From positions 83,469 through 107,468 of the forward strand of contig JAGXNV010000001.1 of assembly GCA_019894795.1 (NCBI GenBank): a DNA stretch of 24,000 nucleotides, read 5' to 3'. Shown in pieces: positions 9,321 to 17,225 of this stretch (position 1 is its first letter; every line of letters begins with the position of its first letter). This DNA comes from Candidatus Heimdallarchaeota archaeon. GTDB lineage: Archaea; Asgardarchaeota; Heimdallarchaeia; Heimdallarchaeales; Heimdallarchaeaceae. Position numbers and translations under genes: made by a program. The notes beneath the pieces were generated by a model that was given only the letters and a program-made list of their open reading frames with translations, had not been told where the DNA came from and searched no databases.

Positions 9321-9896
9321 GTGATACAAATAGGAAAGAGACCAGCCCGTTGCTATAGACATGTAAGAGGCCCTGCAAATACAAGAGTTGGTAAATTCGT
9401 TAGAGGTGCTCCTGATGCTAGAATTAGAGCTTATGATGCTGGAAATCGTAAAGGTGATTTTCCAGTACATGTTCATTTAGTTTCTCTAGAAAAATGTCAA
9501 ATTAGACACACAGCTTTAGAAGCTGCAAGAATTGCCGTAAATAGAGTTCTTCAACGAGCATTAGGTGTAGAAGGTTATCATATGACCATAAGAATTCACC
9601 CCCATCACATTTTAAGAGAAAATAAAATGATGGCGGTTGCTGGAGCAGACAGGATTCAAGATGGTATGAGACGATCCTTTGGCAAACCAACTGATAGAGC
9701 TGCACGTGTTAAGGAAGGTCAAGAAGTAGTGACTGTAAGAGCATATGCAAAAGATTACTTTACAATGTTAGACGCTTTAAAAAGAGGTGCTGACCGTTTT
9801 CCCACAGTTTGTAAGTACAAGATTGGAAAAGGGGAAGACCTAGTAAATGAGTTCTTAAAGAGAAGATCAAGACGACGCGGAACTGGTCAACAATAA
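9321..9896 (+). CDS. rpl10e: 50S ribosomal protein L10e/L16 (uL16)
   Basis: 191 aa, GTG start; 'KRPARCYRHVRGPANTR...', 'GYHMTIRIHPHHILRENKMMAVAGADRIQDGMRRSFGKPTDRAARV'. Confidence 0.95.
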   Translation: MIQIGKRPARCYRHVRGPANTRVGKFVRGAPDARIRAYDAGNRKGDFPVHVHLVSLEKCQIRHTALEAARIAVNRVLQRALGVEGYHMTIRIHPHHILRENKMMAVAGADRIQDGMRRSFGKPTDRAARVKEGQEVVTVRAYAKDYFTMLDALKRGADRFPTVCKYKIGKGEDLVNEFLKRRSRRRGTGQQ

Positions 9897-9924
9897 ACTT
9901 TCCCCATTATTTTCTTTTACATTT

Positions 9925-10389
9925 TTAATTTGACTCAGTACTTCTTTTTCGATTAAAGCATTTTCTTTTCTTTACCTTCATCTTTATTGTGTCGGTTTCA
10001 TTAATGTTAATCTTTATAGGACTTGCTTCGAATTGATTGTTGGTACAACTAATCATGTAATTATATTGCTCTTCCCGTGATTTCCATTTAGGTTTTTCAT
10101 TTTTCAGTAATGGCAACGCAAAAGCTATCCGTTTATTCTCTCTCAACCAAGTCGGATCATACAGGGATACTTCAATAATAGGTTCAGCAACTTCAAGTGA
10201 ACCGTCATAATCCATAATACCCATCTCCCAGTGATCTTTGAATTGACCAATTAACTCTTCTTGATCTAGTTCTGAATACCCAACTCTATTAGTTTTAGGA
10301 GTAGTAATATAGTATGGATTTTTCCTTCCCGCTGTAATTTTAAGTTCCAGAATAATACCGTTCAAATCGACTTTTTCATCCGAAACCAA
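9925..10389 (-). CDS. Hypothetical protein, 154 aa
   Basis: Uninterrupted ORF convergent with rpl10e; amino-acid composition looks protein-like; no family recognised. Confidence 0.5.
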   Translation of the reverse strand: MVSDEKVDLNGIILELKITAGRKNPYYITTPKTNRVGYSELDQEELIGQFKDHWEMGIMDYDGSLEVAEPIIEVSLYDPTWLRENKRIAFALPLLKNEKPKWKSREEQYNYMISCTNNQFEASPIKININETDTIKMKVKKRKCFNRKRSTESN

Positions 10390-10697
10390 GTCAATTAGAT
10401 TTTATCTGGAATCTTCATACTATCAAATATTAGCGTTTTTGGGTAAAAAATCTTTTCGTGCATTCAAATCCAGAATGAAATGGTCATAGTCTTGTACATG
10501 ATGCATGCAAAAATAGAATAAAAAACGATAGAATTACAGGGAATAGAATTAAAGGAATCATCAAACAGGAGCAATTAAAATTAACATTCTTAAAACAAAA
10601 GAAAAAATAATCCATTTTCTTTGGCTTTTTTTAATTATTTATTAGTATTTTGACTTGAATAGAAGAATACTTTTATTGTTTTTTCTGATATTTTCCT

Positions 10698-11786
10698 ATG
10701 GATTCTGCATTTATTCCCGGATTGAAATTATCGGAGATGTTTTTCCAAGAGGTAGTAAAAGAAATTATTGAGGCAGAATATCCAGGCTTAAAATATACTG
10801 CAGCATTAATAGGTCCTGGATCAGAGGTAATTGGTCTGGATGATGCCGTTTCTGCAGATCATCATTGGGGATTACGATTATTCATTTTCTTAGGATTAAA
10901 GGATTATGAGATGCATTCAGATTCATTAAAAAAATTATTCAGAAAAAAATTACCATATGAATTTAAAGGGCATTCAACACATTGGAGTGAACCTGATCCT
11001 AATGATTCAGGAACCCAATTACCATCGCTTACAGAAGACGGAGAAATAAATCATAGAATAGAAATTCATACAGTGAACAATTACCTTAAGGAACATTTGA
11101 ATCTTGAAAACCTCGAGTTAACAGATTTTGACTGGCTTTTGTTACCAGAGCAAAAATTGTTAGAATTTACTTCTGGAAGAATATTTTTTGACACTCTTGG
11201 GGATTTAAGAACAGCGAGACAATATCTTACTTATTTACCTGACAATGTGTGGAAGTATAAAATACTTTCAGAATGGGAACATATAACACAGGAGATGGCT
11301 TTCGCTGGGAGAACCGGTGGGATTGGAGATGAATTAGGATCTAAAATCGAATCGTCTCGACTTGTTAGATATATTATGAGATTGGCTCTACTCTTAAATA
11401 AAAAATACATTCCTTATCCAAAATGGTTTGGTACAACTTTTAAAAAACTCCCAATAGCTCAAAAGTTGGAACCTATCTTACTTGCAATTTTAAGAGAGGA
11501 GGATTGGAAAGAGAGAGATAATATACTTTGCAAAGCGTATATGATGATGGTTGAGGAGCAGAACAAATTACAAATAACCCCTGAATTAACAGTTAGACCT
11601 AAACCATACCATACTAGGAATATGACTGTTATTGATACTCAAAAGGTGGTTGATGCTCTAAAGAAAGCAATAAAACCTCCACTTGATACTCTACCACCTA
11701 TTGGTTCTGTAGATCAATTATTGGATGTGGGAGGAGGTTTAAGTTCAAAGTTAGCACAAAAAACAAGGAATTTGTTTGAAAATTGA
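10698..11786 (+). CDS. DUF4037 domain protein (nucleotidyltransferase-like)
   Basis: 362 aa; 'FIPGLKLSEMFFQEVVKEIIEAEYPGLKYTAALIGPGSEVIGLDDAVSADHHWGLRLFIFL' matches the conserved start of DUF4037 proteins. Confidence 0.85.
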   Translation: MDSAFIPGLKLSEMFFQEVVKEIIEAEYPGLKYTAALIGPGSEVIGLDDAVSADHHWGLRLFIFLGLKDYEMHSDSLKKLFRKKLPYEFKGHSTHWSEPDPNDSGTQLPSLTEDGEINHRIEIHTVNNYLKEHLNLENLELTDFDWLLLPEQKLLEFTSGRIFFDTLGDLRTARQYLTYLPDNVWKYKILSEWEHITQEMAFAGRTGGIGDELGSKIESSRLVRYIMRLALLLNKKYIPYPKWFGTTFKKLPIAQKLEPILLAILREEDWKERDNILCKAYMMMVEEQNKLQITPELTVRPKPYHTRNMTVIDTQKVVDALKKAIKPPLDTLPPIGSVDQLLDVGGGLSSKLAQKTRNLFEN

Positions 11787-11791
11787 TACTC

Positions 11792-12073
11792 CTAGTTATT
11801 TTCCTCAACGCTTGCTTCCCAGCCTATGACATCAATAAACTCTTCCTCAAAGGATATAACTTCTTTATTCTTTAACGGATTCCATTCATCCACTGCAAAT
11901 TCAATAGCTTCTTCTTCATTTCTAGCTGTTACTCGGTAATGATAATCTCTTCTCTCTGTTCTTGTCACTATTACTAAATAATCTTCGAATATATCTTCGT
12001 CATCAATTACTTCTTCAATGACTATAGTTTTTCGTTTTGTTTTTTTTCCTTTTTTCTTCTTCTTCTTAGGCAT
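11792..12073 (-). CDS. Small hypothetical protein, 93 aa, with Lys-rich N-terminus
   Basis: MPKKKKKKGKKTKRKTIVIEEVIDDEDIF... then an alpha/beta-like segment 'YLVIVTRTERRDYHYRVTARNEEEAIEFAVDEW'. Confidence 0.55.
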   Translation of the reverse strand: MPKKKKKKGKKTKRKTIVIEEVIDDEDIFEDYLVIVTRTERRDYHYRVTARNEEEAIEFAVDEWNPLKNKEVISFEEEFIDVIGWEASVEENN

Positions 12074-12203
12074 AATATTTTGTTATAATATCTAATATAA
12101 AAATAATTATTCAATAAATCGTCTAAAAATTATGTTGTGAATGCACGAATAGGATATGAACAAAAAAGATAAAAAGAATGGAATAAAATCTGGTCTAACA
12201 ACT

Positions 12204-12324
12204 GGCTCGGTAGCTCAGTTGGCAGAGCGCAAGACTCATAATCTTGATAAATAAGGGTTAGACTGCAAACGTGAACCTCAGATGCGTAATCTTGAGGTCG
12301 GGGGATCGAGTCCCCCCCGAGCCA
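12204..12324 (+). tRNA. tRNA-Met (CAT), probably elongator, with 48-nt intron (12241..12288) at canonical position 37/38; CCA encoded at 12325..12327
   Basis: Acceptor GGCTCGG/CCGAGCC, D-arm GCTC-AGTTGGCA-GAGC, anticodon arm CAAGA-CTCATA|A-TCTTG, T-arm GGGGG-ATCGAGT-CCCCC, discriminator A then CCA. Exon 1 is 12204..12240 and exon 2 is 12289..12324. The anticodon stem lacks the three G:C pairs of an initiator. Confidence 0.93.
12241..12288 (+). other. tRNA intron (archaeal, splicing-endonuclease type), 48 nt
   Basis: ATCTTGATAAATAAGGGTTAGACTGCAAACGTGAACCTCAGATGCGTA interrupts the anticodon loop after position 37. Internal AGG(G)TT/AACCT stem and partial pairing of CTCA (32-35) with TGCG near the 3' end give an approximate bulge-helix-bulge. 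Confidence 0.8.
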
Positions 12325-12477
12325 CCATCTTATATTTTTTAATATTTTATTTCATCAACATCAATTTCATATCCCGTTCTAGTTGCCTCTGGTTCTCTAC
12401 AAAGACAACAATTAATTTTTGTCTAGAAAAATAAAACGCAAAGAAGGATTATATCCTTCTTTTTTATTAAATAAATT

Positions 12478-12951
12478 TTATAGTTTTTGTAGTTGATGGT
12501 TTTTGATTATATCTGATTCTTCTTCAATCGTAACCTTAACCATTTTGTCTCCTTGGACAATTTTATTTACAACATCCATGCCATCCACAACTTTTCCAAA
12601 AACTGTGTGTTTTTTATTAAGATGTTTACAATTGTTAGGATTGAGAACTATAAAGAATTGTGATCCATTTGTATTTGGACCAGCATTTGCCATGCTTAAA
12701 TGCCCCAAATTATGTATTTGCACTGGATTACCCACTTCATCTGCAATTTGATACCCTGGTCCTCCTTTTCCTGTTCCTGTAGGATCTCCTCCTTGAACAA
12801 CAAAATCAGGAATCACACGGTGAAAAACAACGCCATCATAGTAGTTAGATTGAGCTAATGATATAATATTCTTTACTGTATTAGGTGTATGTTCATCAAA
12901 AAGTTCGATTGTAATAATGCCCTTATTAGTTTCCATTATTGCTTTAGTCAT
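12478..12951 (-). CDS. Cyclophilin-type peptidyl-prolyl cis-trans isomerase
   Basis: 157 aa; 'VVFHRVIPDFVVQGGDPTGTGKGGPGYQIADE', 'GHLSMANAGPNTNGSQFFI', 'KHTVFGKVVDGMDVV'. Confidence 0.95.
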   Translation of the reverse strand: MTKAIMETNKGIITIELFDEHTPNTVKNIISLAQSNYYDGVVFHRVIPDFVVQGGDPTGTGKGGPGYQIADEVGNPVQIHNLGHLSMANAGPNTNGSQFFIVLNPNNCKHLNKKHTVFGKVVDGMDVVNKIVQGDKMVKVTIEEESDIIKNHQLQKL

Positions 12952-13053
12952 ATTAATCTCCTAAATGTCAGTGATTATTCTTCATTTTTATTTATAGTGG
13001 TTAGGCAATAATTTCTTAAATATTGAAAAAATACTACATTAGAGCTGATTAGA

Positions 13054-13539
13054 TTGATAGATGAGGAACAGAATTCTGGACCTAAACCCAAATCCACATT
13101 AAAATTCACTCCATGGATTTCTGCCATTCTTATTCTAATCTATTCTGTAACTGTTCAATTCTTATTAATTGCAAGTATGGAAAGTGCGTTTGATTCAGTA
13201 GAAGATTTCTTCAAACAATCGTCATCAAGTTTTTTACTAATAGAAATTCCAATCCCCTTAATATTGGCTGTAATCTTTTATTACTATAGTCAGCACAGTA
13301 GATCCTGGAACATTAACCTATTTCTTTTTAGCTTGACTTCATTGGGGAGTGCAATATTGGGGATTGTTATCTACACGATTTTACTTCAGTTTCTTGTAGG
13401 TCAATATTTTGACTTCATCTTCATACTAGTTACAATATTTTTATCTCTTATATTTGCTATACTTTCTATCGTAATCCGCAAAATAGTTCTTAAACGAAAA
13501 ACCTTGCAGCAAGGTTCCTTCACCAGAAAGTTGACCTAA
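13054..13539 (+). CDS. Hypothetical membrane protein, about 4 TM segments
   Basis: 161 aa with four hydrophobic stretches (e.g. 'FTPWISAILILIYSVTVQFLLIASM', 'SFLLIEIPIPLILAVIFYYY'); no family recognised. Confidence 0.6.
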   Translation: MIDEEQNSGPKPKSTLKFTPWISAILILIYSVTVQFLLIASMESAFDSVEDFFKQSSSSFLLIEIPIPLILAVIFYYYSQHSRSWNINLFLFSLTSLGSAILGIVIYTILLQFLVGQYFDFIFILVTIFLSLIFAILSIVIRKIVLKRKTLQQGSFTRKLT

Positions 13540-13613
13540 ACAACAAGGTTATTTTCAGAAATTTCAACTCTTCTAATAAGATCCCCCGCCTGCCCTCTCT
13601 AGTCTAGTTGTAT

Positions 13614-14378
13614 TCATTTGTGTTTCAGATTGCTAACAAGGTCAGTAACAATCTTGGGTAGTTCAGTCATGTTTTTTACATAATGGGGGTAACTTGGTTC
13701 ATATTCTCCGGTTAAACAAGCCTGAATAACATTAGCCCCACTATTTAAGGCGCACTCCAAGAACATTGGTCTGTCTTCAATAATTATTGCTTTATCTGGT
13801 TCAAACCAGACATCATCAAAAATTCGCTTGAAAAAATTATTATTGGTTTTGTGGGTATTAACAAGATCCGATCCATAAAAATTCTCAAAAAGATTTTTTA
13901 TTCTCATTCCTTGCAAATATCCCTTTAGTTCTAGTGAATCCTCTCCAGAAGCTGTATAAAGCTTAAATCCAAGTTTCTTTAATTTCTTAATACTATCAAT
14001 GACTCCAGGGTATGCAGATCGAATGTTGGGCGTGATATATTCAATAGCTTCTCGGTATATTCGTTTATATTCCGATATAGCAGGCAATTTTACCTCTACA
14101 TAATTAAACATCTCTTCTATCCATCTTTTTACAAAATCTTCGTGGTATGTCCTGTAATCTACATTGACCCCACTACTTATCACTTCAGTATGTTCTTTCA
14201 CAATTTCTTCTATGAAATTAACATTACTTTCAGCCCATTTATAGGGTTCTCCTCCAAATCTAGGTGCAAAAAAGTCACCAACCATCTTTTGAAATTGTAA
14301 CCCTCGAATCCTATTGTCATTCATCACCCCTCCGTCATCAAAGAATACAGCAAATTCTGCGAACCGTATCTGTGACAT
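13614..14378 (-). CDS. HAD superfamily hydrolase-like protein
   Basis: 254 aa; motif I 'VFFDDGGVMND', motif II 'KLYTASGE', motif IV region 'AIIIEDRPMFLECALNSGANVIQA'. Confidence 0.8.
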   Translation of the reverse strand: MSQIRFAEFAVFFDDGGVMNDNRIRGLQFQKMVGDFFAPRFGGEPYKWAESNVNFIEEIVKEHTEVISSGVNVDYRTYHEDFVKRWIEEMFNYVEVKLPAISEYKRIYREAIEYITPNIRSAYPGVIDSIKKLKKLGFKLYTASGEDSLELKGYLQGMRIKNLFENFYGSDLVNTHKTNNNFFKRIFDDVWFEPDKAIIIEDRPMFLECALNSGANVIQACLTGEYEPSYPHYVKNMTELPKIVTDLVSNLKHK

Positions 14379-14614
14379 TACTATTCGCTTGAGTTAGTAG
14401 TAAATAAAGCTATTCCAAGAAATATGTGTAATTTTCTAGAATTAGCTAGACAATACTTTCAACGGCCTCCAATACAGTTAAAACCCCCTACTTTCGACTG
14501 GAAATTAGAACATCATCTTATTAGAAGGTGAGTATGAACTGGAATACAAAACCTGGCTGTTTTTCTCCTAGAATATGAAAAAATTAATAATGGAGTGAAT
14601 TTGAAGAAAAGTAG

Positions 14615-15598
14615 ATGGTAAAACAGATTTACGAAACTCTGCATACAGAACAATCTTTGCTGGATATATCTCCAGAGTTAGAAAAAAAAGTTCACGAAAT
14701 GCTCACAGCTACTGAAAGAAAGGCTCCAAATTTCTGGGAGATAGATACAACTGAAAGCCTATATGTTCCGGTAGATGATGGAGAAATAAGAGTATACCAC
14801 TTTAAACCTAACAACCCAATTTCAAAACGCCCTTTAGTTTTTATTCCTGGATGGGGTGGCACTGAAATAGGATTTATGGATTTTTATGAAGTCATCCATG
14901 ATAAGATTGAATGCTATTATATCGAAACTCGTGAAAAGAGAAGTAGTAGATTGGATAGAAAAAGAGCCAAGATGGATATGAGTCAAAAAGCTAAAGATAT
15001 TCAAAATGTGATCAATCATCTTGAATTAAGCAAGAGAGATTTTGTTCTCTATGGAACTTGTTGGGGTGGAGCAATAATTTTGCAAGGTTTAATTGATGGA
15101 ACAATAGAAGCTCCAACGATCATTACTAATGATCCAATGCATACTCTATGGTTTCCGAAATGGTTTCTTAGATTTGTATCACCAATATTGCCTATTTTTG
15201 TAGTTGAACTTATTAGGTCTATAATTAAACGAGTGCAATTACGCGGTATGAAGGAAGAAGTTCAAAGAAGTAGAGCTGAAACTTTTGCAGATAATGCTGA
15301 AATTTGGAAATGGAAAAGAGCAGCTGACTCTGTAAAGGATTTTGAGCTCTTTGGTAAAGTTTCTACTATAACAAAGGAAGTTTTTGTGACTAATGGTACT
15401 AAAGATAAAATCCATAATCAAACAGATTACCCACAAATCGCTGCTGAACTCCCCAATGGAAGATTCATCTACTTGAAGACAGATGAATCAAGAAGAGAGA
15501 GATTAATGGGGTTAGTAACATTGGAATTTAGTAAAATCACTAAAAAGGATGGAATTCCCACTTCTTTAAGAGATTTTGAGAAAAAGATTCATCGCTAA
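14615..15598 (+). CDS. Alpha/beta hydrolase, PhaC-like (Cys nucleophile elbow)
   Basis: 327 aa; 'LVFIPGWGGTEIGFMDFYEVIHDKIECYYIETREKRSS' and nucleophile elbow 'VLYGTCWGGAIILQGLIDG' (G-x-C-x-G), with acid region 'NGTKDKI'. Confidence 0.8.
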   Translation: MVKQIYETLHTEQSLLDISPELEKKVHEMLTATERKAPNFWEIDTTESLYVPVDDGEIRVYHFKPNNPISKRPLVFIPGWGGTEIGFMDFYEVIHDKIECYYIETREKRSSRLDRKRAKMDMSQKAKDIQNVINHLELSKRDFVLYGTCWGGAIILQGLIDGTIEAPTIITNDPMHTLWFPKWFLRFVSPILPIFVVELIRSIIKRVQLRGMKEEVQRSRAETFADNAEIWKWKRAADSVKDFELFGKVSTITKEVFVTNGTKDKIHNQTDYPQIAAELPNGRFIYLKTDESRRERLMGLVTLEFSKITKKDGIPTSLRDFEKKIHR

Positions 15599-15713
15599 GA
15601 CTGGAGAGTCAGTTAAAAGTTGAATTTTCTCCCGTTTTAAGTGAAGCTTTAAAATAAACTAGTATTGTGTAAGATAAAATTCTCCTTTGAGAGAGTCATT
15701 TAAGGTGAAATAT

Positions 15714-17177
15714 ATGTCAAATAAAGAAGTCATTTTAGACGAAAAAGATATTAGAGAAACTGGATTAGAATCAAAGAGGTCAAGTAGAAAAAATTCTTGG
15801 TTGTGGTACAGTTATGATATGGCGGATACCTTCTTTTCACAATCTGTAATAAGTTTAGCATTCACTCCATTTGTTCTATTAATGGGTGTTTCAATGGGTT
15901 GGTCATATCCACTAGTATTTATTGTAATGTCAATTTTTATGGCCGGTTCAAATCTATTAATTGCCTTATTGGGACCAATCATGGGAGCTATCTCTGATAA
16001 AGCAGGGAAAAGAAAACCTGCAGTGCTTATCTCAGCTGGTATAATGGTAACAACCACAGCTTTAATCACAGTTTGGGTGAACTTTTGGTGGGCATGTTTT
16101 TTGTTTGTATTAGCAAACTTCTGTTATCAGGCAGGTCGAATGTTTTATGACGCTCAAATTCCATTCATTGCTGAAACAGAAACAAGAGGTTTTATGCAAG
16201 CTGTCGGTGGAGCAATCGCAGCATTTGGCTCAGTAATTGCAATAGCTGTCACTATTATCATAGGTCTTCCTGGTTTATTTGGACCTCATACTGAAGTGAA
16301 TACAGGAATCTGGCAAGTAGGTGATACAACCATTGACCCAAGCAGTATAAACTATGGTGGATTAAGATACTTATTTGTTATATCATCTGTCATAATAATT
16401 TTGATTAGTATTCCTTACCTCTTCCATAAAGAGGTAGAAAATCCACCTGAGGAAAAATTGTCAGCAGGAGATTATGTTAAATCATCATTAGTTTCCTTCA
16501 AAACTTCACTTAAAGAAATTATTTCTGACAAAAATTCTTGGTTGTTCTTCTTAGCTTGGTTCTTTATCACGGATGCAGCCAATACAACGATTCTTTACAT
16601 GGTACCTGTGGTTTCAACTGTAGGCGGACCCAAACTTGAAGGAATGACAAATTTTGTGATTTTAGGAGGAATACTTTTCTCCATTGTCTTTGGTATTATT
16701 GTTGGAAGACTTATGAATAGACTAGGACCTAAAAACCTATTTCTTGGTGTTGCTGGTTCTTGGTTTATTGCACTGGTTATCTTCATCCTAACTGGATTAC
16801 AGATAGGTTCAGTAACAATTCCTGTCTGGTTAATATGGTTTGGTGCGATATTCATAGGTATAGGTTTTGGTGGAATTTGGATAGTAGGTAGACAATTTAT
16901 CATGGTTCTAGCTCCTCCTTCAAAGTTGGCACAATATGGTGGATTTCAAAAAATTGCAGGAAGAGTAAGTGCAATAGTATCGCCACTATTGTTTGGATTA
17001 ATGATATATGTATCTCAATCATTGGGGTTAGCTAATGCGATGCGTGTAGCTCTAGGAAGTTTGCTCCTCCTCTTTACAGCAGGAATCATTTGTACTCTCT
17101 TTATCGTAGATCCTCATAAAAGATATATGCAAGGAGAAAGAGCTCCTTACAAAGGCATCTATGATGAAACAAAATAG
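15714..17177 (+). CDS. MFS transporter (UMF1/ATG22-like); the listed ORF starts at 15687, likely start MSNKEVILDEK
   Basis: About 12 hydrophobic segments; N-terminal 'WLWYSYDMADTFFSQSVISLAFTPFVLL' and 'LGPIMGAISDKAGKRKPAVL' loop as in the UMF1-type MFS. Confidence 0.82.
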   Translation: MSNKEVILDEKDIRETGLESKRSSRKNSWLWYSYDMADTFFSQSVISLAFTPFVLLMGVSMGWSYPLVFIVMSIFMAGSNLLIALLGPIMGAISDKAGKRKPAVLISAGIMVTTTALITVWVNFWWACFLFVLANFCYQAGRMFYDAQIPFIAETETRGFMQAVGGAIAAFGSVIAIAVTIIIGLPGLFGPHTEVNTGIWQVGDTTIDPSSINYGGLRYLFVISSVIIILISIPYLFHKEVENPPEEKLSAGDYVKSSLVSFKTSLKEIISDKNSWLFFLAWFFITDAANTTILYMVPVVSTVGGPKLEGMTNFVILGGILFSIVFGIIVGRLMNRLGPKNLFLGVAGSWFIALVIFILTGLQIGSVTIPVWLIWFGAIFIGIGFGGIWIVGRQFIMVLAPPSKLAQYGGFQKIAGRVSAIVSPLLFGLMIYVSQSLGLANAMRVALGSLLLLFTAGIICTLFIVDPHKRYMQGERAPYKGIYDETK

Positions 17178-17225
17178 AAAATCAGAAGTGGGAAATTCTT
17201 TCCACTCACTTTTTTCCTTTTTATT

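Noticed and set aside
8822-9705. Minus-strand ORFs opposite rps7 and rpl10e
   Set aside because: Antisense to conserved ribosomal protein genes; no family resemblance.
12253-12280. Possible tRNA-Cys anticodon loop (GACTGCAAAC) inside the tRNA gene
   Set aside because: Flanking sequences TTAGA/CGTGA do not form a 5-bp anticodon stem, whereas CAAGA-CTCATAA-TCTTG gives a perfect arm with all other tRNA positions in register, so tRNA-Met with an intron is the better model.
15812-16903. Minus-strand ORFs inside the MFS transporter gene
   Set aside because: Antisense shadows of hydrophobic coding sequence (Ile/Pro/Thr-rich translations), not supported by any motif.
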